From: Amoebidium appalachense
Lineage: Eukaryota > Protista > Ichthyosporea
Direction of reading: 5' to 3'
Assembly: GCA_963693365.1 (NCBI GenBank)
Contig: CAVNZM010000015.1
Coordinates: forward strand, 2,976,001-3,040,000
DNA length: 64,000 nucleotides
The notes beneath the pieces were generated by a model that searched no databases, was not told the DNA's origin, and was given only the letters and a program-made list of their open reading frames with translations. The translations under genes and the position numbers were made by a program. This document shows positions 1 to 30,100 of this stretch, in pieces; within the stretch, counting starts at the first letter, position 1, and each line of letters begins with the position of its first letter.

Positions 1-35
1 TCCCAAATTCGACTTTTGATATGTATATCTCGCAG

Positions 36-8130
<8,095 letters not shown>

Positions 8131-8376
8131 ATCACGAACCTTTATCTGTATGTAAAATTTGCTCTCTTTATGTACTAGACTCTCTCCTGAGACTCTCTTT
8201 CTCCAAAGAATTGAATGTAATCTCTGCAGAGTTTGGAATGAAGGTTTATTTCAGTTTTCTTTCTTTCTTTTTCTTTTTTCCCCCTCATCTATGCCCTTGT
8301 TGCCGAAATGGGTGGGGCTGATTTTGATTGTCGTTGGACTGTGTAGGAGTGGAGGGGCAGGCCCCCGGGAGGGCGG

Positions 8377-8417
<41 letters not shown>

Positions 8418-9053
8418 GAGGATATTGGGTAGTTTAGCCGTGACTGTATTAAGATTAGGAGGTGGATTTCACGTTTATGCAGACGGAATAAGGTCGGCAT
8501 ACAATTTTTTTCCACCAAAGTTTTGGAACTAGGTTACGATCCAATATCACACCGCGTGTGAGATTTTGTTCGTCTTATCAGGAACAGTCCGAGTTTTGGG
8601 GATAGACACTCCTCCGCACCCCTCCGCCCCCTCCCCCCCCCCCCCCCCCCCCCCTCCCACTCACCCAACCCCCCAATCCCCCCAACCCACCGACCTTCCC
8701 ACCTACCTCTGATTCAGTGACCCATTTATAAAGTCGAAGAATGAGGCTAAGGATGTGACTCATCATCATCTGAGCTGCAGTGTGGTCGATTATGTTGCAA
8801 GGGGGTGAACGGTTCCAAGTGTCGGCAACGATATTGTTGAATCATTGGTAAGAAGAATACGTCTCTAATTATAGTAGTGCCAGTGATCTAGCTAGTGCTC
8901 AGCTTGCGCAAGCAGTCGAGCATCAATTGAATCGAAGTAGAGCCTTAAGCTAGATCTCTAGATCTCTAGCTAGAGAGAGAGAGAGAGATAGAGTCGGAGA
9001 GAGAGAGATCATCCGAGAGGGAGAGAAAGAGAGAGGGGGTGGATGGGGGGGGG

Positions 9054-9086
<33 letters not shown>

Positions 9087-9154
9087 GGGGGGGGGGGGGG
9101 GGGAGGGAAGGGAAGGAAAGATGGCCATGGAGAGGGGGGAGAGAAGGAGAGGGG

Positions 9155-10455
<1,301 letters not shown>

Positions 10456-10780
10456 ACGTGGGAGACAACGGCCGGCCGCCGCGGCCGGGCCGGGTCATTT
10501 TGTTTTGTTTTATAATCCTCTAAATCTTTTTAGTATTATCATATCATTAAAGGGCCTGAATGTACATTCCACCGCATTTCAACACGACAATAGTCATAAG
10601 CGAAATTTCCATAAGCTCATAATGACCCTGTGTTAGACTGATATCATAAGCACCCATCTTTCTAACATCCGTCATCAACCCTATGGTGCTTATACTCAAT
10701 AACATGAAAAAAGTAAGTTATTGTAGACAGGACTTATGTTTATACACTACTGCACAATAATAACCATTGCGATATGTTTG

Positions 10781-10858
10781 TTTCACATTCTTTCCCTGGG
10801 AATTCCATGCGTATGCTGATTTCACATTCTTTCACTGGGAATTCCATGCGTATGCTGA
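10781..10858. repeat. 39-bp tandem duplication
   Basis: TTTCACATTCTTTC(C/A)CTGGGAATTCCATGCGTATGCTGA twice, with one mismatch. Confidence 0.9.
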
Positions 10859-12537
10859 AAGTTATGTCATAGGTTTATCGAGCATAGAGAAGTAGTTGGA
10901 CCCTCTGAGTAATTTAATATATATGTTGCCATAATTTGCAAAATTCGTTAACGTGTGCTCACGGGGGAGGGGGAAAAAAAAAAAAAGATCTTCCTATTTC
11001 TCGATGGTACAAGAGTCTCGATATTTGGGGGATTTACGTTCTGACTCAGTATACGATCAAATAGTTCTTTTTATCCTGTGGTATGCAACTACAAATACAG
11101 GGTTCTGATTGGTTCCCAGAGATCTGGTTGGTATGCAACGGGCATGCGGCACCACGCAGCCTGTACCAGCATACACCACATCGTAATTACATTACATGTC
11201 CACAACTCCATGCAGCAGTATTCGCACCGTAAATCAGATAAACATACTAAGTCTATCAGTTACCCGTAATACATAGCCATGCCCATAAATATGCATTATG
11301 GTAATCGTCAACCAGTGGGATATTTCGAAAGGAGTGAGATTTCTGAATCGTGCATGCGCCTACATTCATCCACGGTTGATCTGATGATGCCCGCGATAAT
11401 CGGGAAACTTCACTAATTAAAGCTTTTTTCTTCTCTTTTTGTTGCAAGTGGCAGGCACAATGCACCGTGTCACTGAGTCTGAGACTCGCCAGGCTATGAT
11501 ACAGCAACCGTGGAAGTAGTACAATCACAGACATCATTAGTAAGTATGGCGTTGCATCATGACATTTTGTATCTCATTATATGTGACTTGCAACGGCCTT
11601 GCCACCGTCCGGTGGGTGTAGGGTTAGTACTGGGCGTCACATGGGATTCATGCCCCAGGCGTTTTCGTGTACAGTTCAGTATCACTATTCTATCCAATAG
11701 CATTTTATTTCCGCGTGTCCCAGCGCATACCTTTTGATAAATAAACGTGGCGATTGAAAGTCACAGCCTTGTATCATTACTTGAAGATTTATGATACACT
11801 CATGGCCTTCCGCGTTTTGACGCATAACCTGATTTTTCTTTGATCTTTTGTTAAGCGGAAATGGGTTTTCAATCCTACAGTACCTGAGGCTACATCAGAT
11901 GCAGTGAAATGTTTGCTGTGAAACTTGTGTTTTTATACTATCCAATAAGCTTTCCAAGTATCTAATAGGGCCCTCTATGATACGACTTTTATACATCAAG
12001 GCAGTGTTTTTAGTTTTCAAGAGAAAGAGCATATATTTTTACCTTGTCATTGACCAGTGACAACACCGGTACTTTGTCGGTCCCCGGGCAGTTTCAAGTG
12101 CTAGCCGGCTACTGTAGTGACTTGGCTGTTCTCATTGAGTCTCGTATTACGTTCAAGTGAGTGAAAGTGGTGCCGAAATTCAAGTAATTATTAGTAAGAT
12201 CATATAATGAGTGAGTCTAGATCTGTGCCTGTGCCTCTGTGACTGAGATGGTCCCCTGTAAAATTTCTCGCAAAATTTCTCGTTAAGGCTTCTCACTGGT
12301 CGTTACTTGCTCTATTCAATTTGTGCCAAAAAGAGTCTTCAGTTACTCTACATATTAGTCGAGTTTTTTTTTCAATAGTTTTTCAAGTCGGCAAGTCAAA
12401 GAGTATAGTGCTAGTACTGAGTGAATGGTAAGGAATACTAAGTCTAGCCTACCGCAAAAACTTGGAGCTTTAACTAACAGAGTTATTTAAGCAAAGTGGA
12501 AAATATATATCCGAGCATGTCCTCAGACTGTTTCCGC

Positions 12538-12568
<31 letters not shown>

Positions 12569-12910
12569 CCCCATAACACAGCAACTTGAAATCAGGCCGA
12601 CTGTAACTTGAAGCACTATTGCTTGATTTCCGAAAAAGTGATGGAGGTGTGGTGCTTTGGAAATAACTTAAGAGGACCCGGTACTAAGTGTTAGCCTCCC
12701 CCCTCCTTCCCCTCCCTCCCTCCCCCCCCCCCCCCCCCCCTCTCCTGTGCCCGCTCCGCCAAAGGGGACCGTCCAACCCTCATTTTTCATTCCTTCCCAC
12801 TCATAACCTAATACTATCCATTACCCACCTGCAAGCCGGATATTGGCCCGATGTAACCAAAACCTTTTGAATTCCTCTTTAACAGTTTTTTCAAAATCGC
12901 GTAATTGCAG

Positions 12911-19425
<6,515 letters not shown>

Positions 19426-20479
19426 TGGGGTAGGGGGAAGAAAAACGGAGGAAAAAAGGTGGGTTAGGGGGAGTTGGAGGGTTTTGGGGAGGGGGGAGGG
19501 GGGGGGGGGGGGGGGGATATAAAATGGTGGGTTAGAGGGGGGGGGAGGGAGGGGGGAGGGGGGGGGGGGGGGGAGGATTGGTTGGTTAGGATAAAAAAAC
19601 AACTAAGAGATTGGGAGAAAACCTTGTAGGTTAGGGGAAAGAACAGAGAAAACCCCGGCGTCCCAGCTGGACGTGGAGTTGGTGTCTACGCGGTCCTGGT
19701 GGCTAGTTTTCAGAGAAACCTAAGATTAACCTTGCTTTTTCGGGTTTTTGCAGCCGTAAATCGGCTCTGAGATGCAGTATATGTGTTCTCAAAGAAATTC
19801 CGGCTTAGATGATGAGCCCAACACAGACATTTGTCACTACGTGATTCTTTACAGATAACTTGCGTAACTAAAAGGCATTAAACTTGCTCTCCTGGTGAAT
19901 CTCTTGTACTGTATGCCTGAAGGCCTTCGAAAGTGTATCACCGCCGCCAAGAATCCAGACAACATACCTGTCTCCCCCCCTTTCCCCCCTAGGCCTCCGT
20001 CCCTCCCCCCTGCCCCCTTCCCCCCCCCCCCCCCCCCCCCTCCCCCCCCCCCCCCCCCCCCCCCACCTCCCCGGCAACAAGGACCAAAATCCCCCCCCCC
20101 CCCCCCCCCCTTTCTCCCTCCCCTCCCCCCCTCCTTCCCCCCCCCTCTCCCCCCTCTCCCCCTCCCTCTCCCCTCCTTCCCCCAGTCTCCCCCCCCCCCC
20201 CCCCCCTTTTCCCCCAGGACCAAATCCTACTGCTCACACATAGCAACAGAAATTTTACGTGCATGCAGTGCACACTAGCGCACACATAAAATATGCCCCG
20301 GCACACACACACAGTATACACACGCGTGGAGAGGGAGAGAGAGAAGACAAGAGGTGGGGCAGAGAGAGAGCCCCGGGAAGGAGGTGGCTCAGACTGGGAG
20401 AAAGAATGTCTCTTGAGGAGTGGGTGAGAGAGGGAGACGAAGGAAAGGGGGTAAATGGGGTTTGGGTTGTGTGCTCCTT

Positions 20480-20519
20480 GTGTGTATGTCTCTTTGTGGG
20501 TTTGTGTGCACACTATGCA

Positions 20520-20552
<33 letters not shown>

Positions 20553-20575
20553 GTGTGCGTGTGTGCGTGTGTGCG

Positions 20576-20643
<68 letters not shown>

Positions 20644-20742
20644 ACAGTGTGTGCATGTGTGTGTGTGTGTGTGGGGGGGGGGGGGGAGGTGGGTGTTGGT
20701 GTGTGTGTTGTGGGTGTACGCCGTGTGTATGTAAGCACGCAC

Positions 20743-20814
<72 letters not shown>

Positions 20815-21197
20815 GTGTGTGTGTGCGCGCGCACGTGGGTGTGTTTTGCTAAGAGGACAACTATTATGCAAAGATAGATTCATTCTGCTTATAAGAGCAG
20901 AATCAGCCTGGATTAGCAGGATTATTCTGAAAAAGACAGAATATTCGCTTCGAGCACAATAATTCTGTTTTTAGCAGAATGATTCTGCTTTTAGATCCTG
21001 ATTTTTGCGGAATATTTCTGCTTTCAGCTAAAGAATTCGGCTGTTAGCAGAACAATTTTGCCATTCTTAGAATAATTTGTTGAAGCAAGTAGACTCTGCA
21101 GATGTGGTTGGGCTTTAAAAGAAGTGTGTGTAGGGAGAGAATTTAACTTTAAGGGAGACTCAGAGAGGACGGGGGGGGGGGGGGGGGGGGGAGAGAC

Positions 21198-21273
<76 letters not shown>

Positions 21274-21620
21274 ACACAAGAAGGGAGACAGAGACAGAGA
21301 CAGAGACAGAGAGAAAGGTACACGAGAAGAGAGACAGAGACAAAGACAGAGATAGAGAGGGGGAGGGAGGGTGAGGGGGGTTGGAGAAAGAGAGGTAGAG
21401 AGAGGGAGAGGGAGAGAAGGGAGGGAGGTTTGAAGAGAAAGCTGGAGAGTCTCAGAGGGGAGTGAGAGAGAGAGAAAGAGAGAGAGAGAGAGGGGGGGGG
21501 GGGGGGGGGGGGAGATCTGAGAGAGAGAGAAAGGGAGAAGAGAGAGAAAGAGGGGGACAAGGGTGGGGGAAGTGAGGGAGAGAGAAACAGAGAAAGCGGA
21601 AGTGAAGGAAAGAGAGGAGG
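20480..21620. repeat. (GT)n and (GA)n blocks flanking the foldback element between convergent genes
   Basis: (GT)n at ~20480-20830 and (GA)n-rich sequence at ~21190-21620. Confidence 0.88.
20846..21113. mobile_element. Third copy of the foldback/MITE-like element (right terminus intact, left end eroded)
   Basis: Degenerate GCAGAAT..TTCTGC units ending in GCAAGTAGACTCTGCAGATGTGGTTGGGC, which matches 39384-39411. Confidence 0.6.
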
Positions 21621-22300
21621 AGTTATTAATGTGATGGCCCTCACAGTGGACGTGGTGATGTGCAAATGCTGAATGAAGTATCAAAATTATCCAATCTGGA
21701 AGATACCTCTAGAGTCTTTTTATTCAACTCTGAGACTCTTGAGTCACTCCACTATCAACTTTTTCTCTCGCTCATCGGTACCACCGGGTGTATTATAACT
21801 GGGCCGCCGTACAGCATGCCAATACTTAACATCATGTACGTGCAGCCTAGGCCCGGTTATTACATCATCAGGTGGAAATCACCTGATAATGATATATAGA
21901 ACCACGACATAGTCTACTGGTAGTGGAACCTAATATTTACCTATATCTATTCTTCACGCTTTTGCACCTAGCAGATAGGCTGCATCTCTCTCGCTCTCTA
22001 TGCCAGGCTGGGTCTGCCAATTCAGTTGCAACTGGTATGGTAAATGAAATCGTCATGAAGCTGCCGCACGACACTCTTGTTTCTTTCTTTCTTTCTTTTT
22101 TTCCCCTTTCTTTTTTTACTTTTTTGTTATTGTTGTTTCTTTCACATTTTCGATCTCAACATTTGACCTGGGCCATAAGCACAAACCACATGCAACCATG
22201 AGAGAATTCTACTACTTAACGAATGCGAGTCCATCAATGGAACTACGGTACTCAGTGCAAAACGAAACAAATATCTACTTCGTTTCTTCAAAGTCCTCTT

Positions 22301-22969
22301 TTAAGGCGCGCACCTACGAGGGCGCACCACAATGGCATCCGCCAAATTCCCGCATCCGCCTCCGCACGAAGAATTCACCCCCTGGAACCGGAATCCGGTG
22401 CGAGTCTGGCCCTGAGGGACAATGTAATACACCGTGTACTGTTTCCACACCATGTCTGTTTGAAACTGACCCAAAGAAGTTGCAAGGGTGGCATTGACAG
22501 CGCCGGCGGCTTCGGGACCCGCGAAAACCTCCAACGTATCCACTCCCTCGCGGCCACGGTGGGCAAACGAGAACTCGATTTCATCTCCCGGCGTCGTGTC
22601 GATGTACTGGTAAAGGGCCCCGTTTGGCAGATTTGCGTTGATCTCGGCGAATTGGTTGCCCTTGTACGACGGAATGTTGAGGAAACCCGTCTTCCAGATC
22701 TCGATTTGGGTGTCCGTGGTCTTCCACCCGGGGACCCAGGCAGCGTTGAATAGCTGGATTTTGTTGCCGCCGTTGAGGGCGGGTGTTTCAAAGTCGCCGT
22801 TTTGGAAGCTGCAGGAGGTCTTTGTGCAGTCGGATGCGTTGAAGACTGGGGGTGGATGTGATCTTGTCAGTAAAAATGCCAGAAAACATGAGCGCATTGG
22901 TGGGCGGTATAGGATGTTCACGGAGTCATGGTACCGGTGTGGCTGTCGATGCTAGGTCATGGGCAAGAG

Positions 22970-23028
<59 letters not shown>

Positions 23029-24959
23029 GAAGAAACAAGGAAAATTGGAGAAGTGCAAAGGAATTGAAACCAAATAGATCTGGAGATTAGTTGCACGGAA
23101 AAACTCTAAACAATTGAATTGAGGGACTCCGAGGCATAATTACATGACTTTCACAGAAAATATGGAAACACTGCCTCTTGTCATCATATTCGAAGCATAA
23201 CTTGCTGAGAAAACAAACAGAGATGGTATGAGGGTGGTTAATGGAGAACGTCACGTCAGTAACACTGAGGAAAACCAACCTGGGACACACGCAGTCGCGC
23301 GCAGATCGACGGCATCAATGAAGTTGCCATACGAGAGTCTTCCATAGGCGCTGCTCACGGCCCTGAACGCAAGTGTCACAACCCTCGCCCCCTCCGGGAC
23401 CACCCACTTGGCCGTGTAGCGCGCCCACGCGGTATTGCTCGTATTGTAAACCCCCAACACCTCTGTTGCTTGCCCTTTAGGCCCGATGAGAACACGGACT
23501 GAATCGAATCCGGTGCGGCCACGGTGTGCGAAACTGAAGGTCACTTCGGTCCCAGGCACCAACGTGACGTCTTGGTAAAGGGATCCGGACAAGTAAGCGT
23601 TGACTTCGACGAATTGGTTTCCGCGGTAGGCAGGAACATTTCCGAACCCGGTCTGCCAGTACTCAAAGGCGGAGTCTGTGGTCTTCCACGAAGGGACGGA
23701 GTCAAGGAAGCTAAAGGTGGGCGGGGTGGTAGATAGGCGGGGGACATAGGGCAGTTCAAAGTCGCCGTTGTTGAGTTGGTAGCCAACGGTTGTGCAGGAT
23801 GGCTGCGTGTAGGCTGTGTGGGAATGAAACACAGGAGTCAGCATGCAGGTCAGTTTGTCATTTGAGCACAACACAACCAACGGAACTGGCTCGGGCACAT
23901 TGTCAAAAAAATGCAGGCGTTAACAATGATTCATGGCTCTCACATCAAATAGCACGTTTCTTACAAACCTGGCTAAACTTCACCCCAAACTGCGTCATTC
24001 CTGCCTAACTGTCGCTTCGACTTTGTTACTGTGCATCGAAGCACAGGGAAATTTTGATATATTCTATTTTGCCACCTACGACAACTCAGAAAAAATGTCG
24101 GTCTCGAGAGTAACTACGTACGAGCAATAAGAGAAATCTCCGGGAAAACCCACCTGTCATGCATCGCTGGGGACGCAGAACCACGGAGTCGATCAAGTTA
24201 CCGCACGTCACACCGCAAGTCCCGGCTGCTGACACGGCCTTGAACTTGATGGTGACATTAAACGAAAGCCTGGGCACAACGTATGTAGCGTTGTATCTCC
24301 TCCACGCCGTGTTCCCCGTAGTAAAGCGACCCAAAGACGTAGTGACATTTCCTGGCGGGCCGATAAAGACTTCGAGGGTGTCGCTACCATCGCGGCCGCG
24401 GTGCGAGAACTCAAACACAAGCTGCTCACCGGGAATGGTGGAGATGGTCTGGTAGAGCTCGGCATCTGTTTGGGCGTTTACCTCTGCAAACTGATACCCT
24501 TTGTTAGAGGGAATGTTCTGGTTGCCGGTGGCAAAGAGTTCGTAGGCGTCACCAGTTGTCAACCAACCAATCATCGTGCTTGATGCAACAGTGACCACTT
24601 GGCTGCCGGGAGGGCTGCGGGTGATGATGGGGTACTCAAAGTCCCCGTTGACGAGTTGGAAGGAACGATCGTCGCAACTGGGCATGGCTGTGGTGCAAAA
24701 ACGGTCAGTATTGATGAGGTGCCGAAAATGTAGCAAATAAGGTGCATCCGAGGAGTGAGAAACAGTATTGGTGTAGAATAAAAAAAAAGACAGAAAGAAA
24801 GAAAGACCCAGGGCTGAGCCCGTCTAACAGACTTATTTGACTCAAACTAAAATTCATAAACTCGTTTCCCAAAAACCTGGCCTGAAGTATGTACAACATA
24901 GCAGTACGTGGGGATTAACTTTAGAGGTTTGTGACTTTATCAGTTGGGAGGGAGGTTCC

Positions 24960-24995
<36 letters not shown>

Positions 24996-26473
24996 CTATG
25001 AACTTTCTCCACAAACCTTGGCAGCAGAACGAGGCCGTGCAACCAGGAGCAGGGCAATCCTTTCCAACAATCAGGGGGTTGAGCATCTGGTATTGAGGGC
25101 ATTGATAGTTGATAGCATCACATGTGGCCGCTTTGCAGCACTGCTCAAACGTGCACCCCGTGTTCGGGCACGTGTTGGAGGCGTTGGGCTTGGCCATTCC
25201 TCCGGCCAAAAGGCAGTCGTAGCGCGGGCATTCGAGGGTGTAAATGCTAAGGGCAACAGACCGTGGAATCGCATCGCCGAGTGCTGTCAGTGAGGAAACG
25301 ACAAAATAAAGTTAGAATAATGGTTTTTTTTTTGTGGTCTGATGATATCAATGTGTTCTCTAGCGAACAGTTTTCTTACTGAGCCAATCATTGTAGCACT
25401 ATGATTTTGGATATGTATAGAATGTAACATTTCTTCTTCTCAGCCAACACCAGTACCACTCTTTCTTCAGCCCTCTCCCCCTCGCTCTCGATCCCTAAAG
25501 AAAAAAAGATTGTGAACAAGAACAGGAAGAAAGAGAAAAAAAAGAAAGCCCACGTAAATGGCGGAAAAAAGATAACAAATACACATGCCCACTTACCCTT
25601 CCGTCTGCAGCAGGTGGTCTCCCCAATCTCGTAGGACGACAGGTTGAGCGGAGGAGGCCTGACAGCGGGGTCGGCCGTTGGAATGAAGGTCACATTGACA
25701 TCGGGCGCGAAATCAGGTGGGGGGGATGGCGGCTTTGCTGTGTGCAGAAAGTAATTAAGTGTTAGGGTTGTAAAAGGCGCAGGGAGTGACGAGGACCCAT
25801 TTTTAGTTCACTTCGCGTACTAGTGCACTAAGGTCGATCTTATCAGGAAATCATTAACTGAATTTCTGGTATCCAGGTGCAAGCAAGTTCTTTTTTTGCA
25901 TATCACTGGCAGTCCCGGGCTAACTGTCCGTTTGCTCATATTGTCATATTGGGGCGAGGCAGAGCGAAGTTTTTGAATATGGTGCGGTTGCAGATAGGTA
26001 AGAGTACAGGCGGTTGAGGGTGGGAGTTGGAGTGGTTTTTTTTTTTTTTTTTTTTTTGGGGGGGGGGGGGGGGGGGAGGGGGGATGTTACCAGTGCACGT
26101 AATGCTGTCACCCACATAGCCATCCTTGCAGTAACACTCGAAGGTGCCGACAGTGTTTGTGCACGAAGCGTTGCCCGTGCATGTGTGGATGCCAAGGGCA
26201 CACTCGTCATCATCTGTAAGTGGGATAAGTGGGTCAATATTCCTTTTTTTTTTTTTTTTTTAAGTTTATATATCTTTTAAATTTCAAGTTGCATTTAAAG
26301 GCAACAAGAACTTAGAGAGGCTAGAGAGGTCAAGGCCATGTATATACAGTCGTTTTGCAGGAGTGTCACACACTTTCCACAGGGATATGGCTCAATATAA
26401 AGCTATGCATCGCAGTAGGAGGAGATGTGGGGGGAGGAGGGAGGGAGAAGGCCGTGAGAGGGGGGAATTCGAA

Positions 26474-26504
<31 letters not shown>

Positions 26505-26622
26505 CGGGGAGGGAAGAAGGGAAAGATCAGTGTTCTGCCAGGGAGCGAAAGGAGAAAAAGAAATCGTGTACATGTACATGTGTATGTCTCGGAAATTGGT
26601 GTCGGGGCCGGGGGGGGGGGGG

Positions 26623-26664
<42 letters not shown>

Positions 26665-27033
26665 TACCTTGGCAGACACCATTGACCGAGGAGAAACCAG
26701 GCAGGCAGTCGCACTTGAAGCTGCCGTCAGTGTTAACGCAGTAGCTTCTAGTTGGGCAGGTCTGGGTGGCGCACTCGTCCACGTCTGCATGGGTGGGGGT
26801 GGATTAGTGGGTGGATGTGAGCGCATGTGTAAACGTTTGTGTGTTGGAGAGGAGGAGGAGAGAGAAAAGGACATCGGGGTATCTAGTTTGTTTGGAGGGG
26901 GGAGGGAGGGGGGGGGGGGGGGGGGGGAGGGAGGGAGGGGGAGGGAGTGTGCTTGGCAACCATGCAAAGGAGTGGTTTTGAAAAATGGAAGAAAGCAGTT
27001 GCTTTACTTTTACTTTCTCTTTCCCCTTTACCA

Positions 27034-27064
<31 letters not shown>

Positions 27065-27086
27065 GTTTTGGTGGTGGTGTGTGTGT

Positions 27087-27123
<37 letters not shown>

Positions 27124-30100
27124 CATACCGACACAAGAAGTGGCACCTACAAGAGAGTATCCGGCATTGCACCCGCAGGTGTAGCTGCCGACAGTGTTTG
27201 TGCACGTGCCCAGTGCACTGCAGGCATGGGTGCCAGTTGAACACTCGTCGACATCTGCATTGATCAGTTAGAGTGATCAGTGGTGGATCTTGAAGTGGTG
27301 GAGTAGGGAGCTTGATATCAGGCTACACTATGCCTTAGGCTACATTCCGACATGCAGCTTATAAAAACAGGAAACTTTGATACCTCCATTATCTCGCTTA
27401 CAAAAGCCCCTGAAAAGGTTCACTCTATTAAATTTCATAAAGAACTTAGTGATTAAAACCATTGTATATCAAAGCTATTTCGTTGGGATGTAGAATCTGC
27501 CACCAACGAAAGTTAGTGAAGTGCAGTAGACATCCAAATGGAAGATTAACTGAGATCAAGACGGATTGTCGAGGGAGGCATGTACCTGTGCAAGACGTCA
27601 CACCGTTGCCCGTGTAGCCCTCTCTGCACGTGCACGTATAGTTGGAGCCCACGGTGCTGCACGTGGCCTGTCCCGCAAGACACGGGCCGGGGGTTTGCGC
27701 ACAGGCACTCACTGTAGATCAAGGGTTGTGGAGAGTTAGCTATGGCCTAGTGGGCCATACCTTCTCACTCCTTATAAATAAGGTTTCACATTATCCACAA
27801 GCATGTTCTTGGTAGGCAAGATACGCTGATTGTTTTATGTCATGCCATAGCATCATTACTACCACAACTATTACTCTTTTACTCTTTCCCTTTTTTTTTT
27901 TCCCCTTTTGGGTATGTGAGGGGGGGGGGGGGGGGGGGAGGTGAGGGGAACAGCTTACCAGCAGACTGAGGCTCGATCTGGCAGTACATGCCGGCATACG
28001 GAGGCGGGCATATGCACTGACCCGTAGGCGTACACGTGCCATTGTTTGCGCACCCAGCTCCGCACATGCTCGTAGTGTTCACACACCCGCTGCTAGTGCA
28101 CGCCTGCCCATAGGTGCACGTAGCACATCTCTGCAGCTGACAGAAATAGTTCAATTCGTTCCTGTCGGCGACGGACTGGGCAGCCATTGTGTTTGATGGG
28201 TCATACGTTACCGAGCTGAACGCACAGTGGTAGGTCATCCCGTTGATCACGTCCTGACCCACATCAGGGCATGTCGTCGCCGAGACTCCCGTGGAACACG
28301 CTGAAACGGCCGAGAGGCCCCGGGCGTCGGTCGTAACCGTGCTAGAATTTGCGACCATGTCAAGGAACAGGGGGGGGTCTGCGGGCTGCATGGGCGTCAC
28401 AAGGGTGGGACTCAACCAATTTGCGGACGGATTTAGGGGGCGGGGGTTGCTGCATTGAATGGAGGGGGTAATGCCGCCAGGCTTTGAAATTGTTGTGTTG
28501 CTGAGGGGGGTCTGGAGGCAGCTGGTGGACAGGGGGGTGATGGCTGCAACAGCGGTGGCGCCGCGCCATAGCTCCTGGCCGGCTGGGATCTAATAGTAGA
28601 TGGCGTGAGTGAGTAAAAACATTGAATTTTCCTCTCCCCGAAAGTCTTCTTCCCCTTTTTCGTTTATCCATTTTTTTTTGTGTGTGTGCATGTGTGTGTG
28701 TGTGTGTGTTAGTGTGTGTGTTTGTGTGTTAGGTGAGAGAAGGGGGCGGGTGGGGGTGGGGGGTGGGGGTGAGGACACAACAGCACCTATGTAAAAGCGT
28801 CTAATAGTGGGATACTTAGTCTGAACGTTAAAAATTGGCTTAGTCTATGTACAGTCTACTGTACTATGTCTAAAATATGTTATGGACTACAGAATCTGCT
28901 GTCCGCCATTAAGACCCCCCCCCCCCCCCCCCCGATACATGGTCGCGGTGCATATTCTTAAAGTTTTTGCATGGCCGCTATCATCCCCGGGTCTCCGGGA
29001 GGGGGGGGGGGGGTTTACATGTGTTGAGGGGGGAAGGGGGGGGGGGGGGGGGGGGGGGGCATGATCATGAGTATGCATGATCCAGCCAAATTTATAGATC
29101 ATTCCACCAATTAGAATATCCCAAAATCTGGCTGCGGTGCATTTTCTTAAAAAAAAACGAACGGGGCCTCTAGCATATTCTTATTGGCGGATATTCTTAA
29201 TGGTGGACGGTATCTGTAAGTGTTCAAATTGCCCCAATCCAACAGGCAAATAGAAGGGCAGAACATAAAAAGCACACAAAGGGCAATAGTCAACATACCC
29301 GCACGTTTGCCTCTGTAATTAAAGCATTGGCAAAGTCGTCCACTTTGTTGCCGTTGTAGTTTGCGCACAGCCCGCTCACCCTCCCAGCCCACGAGGAAGA
29401 GAGAGAGACTCTCACGTCGAGGAATGTAACGTTTGCAGTGGCCCAACGAACGTTGCGGATGTTGATGGTACCTTCCATGAAGACAATGTCCACAGTGTCG
29501 GGTGAAGACTACGGGAAAGAGTGCTGTCGGTTAGTGCCTATTTTTGTTTTTGGAGAAAGAGAGAGGGGGGGGAGGGGGGGGGGGGGGGGGGGGGAGGAGA
29601 GCAAGCGAGCGAGAGAGAGGAAGGGCAGGGGGACTTCGGGGTAGTGGTGGTGGTGATGTGTATGTATGTGTATAGGAGGGGGGAGGGGGGTGTTGAGGAA
29701 TGGGGGTGGACGGACAAGGGAGACTCTCGGAGGTGCTGGGTGGATATATTGTTTCTGTGTATCGACGCAAAGGGACGTGGGATGGAAGGGGAGTGAGGGG
29801 AGATGACAGGGGTTTTTTCTTTTCATACCTGTGCAACAGCCACACCCACGTTTGTATCCGCTGTTGCACGTGTGAGCACAACCTTTGACTGTCCGCCAGA
29901 GTTGTCTATTGATGCGACATACACGGTGGTGCCAACCTTGATGTAAACGTACTGATTGCATGCAACAGCACCCTTTCCGGCCACCGTGTAGCAGTGGTAG
30001 AGGTTGGTCTGAATAACGAGTTCGCCCGAACAGTCTCGGAGAATTGTGTTCATACCCAGGCTTTGATAGTCTGTGGGTGGAAAGGGTGTAAGGAGAGACT

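Noticed and set aside
11497-11620. Candidate first exon of the crystallin/PAN gene (MTFCISLYVTCNGLATV or MALHHDILYLII)
   Set aside because: Two competing frames, a weak signal-peptide match, and an uncertain link to exon 12911.
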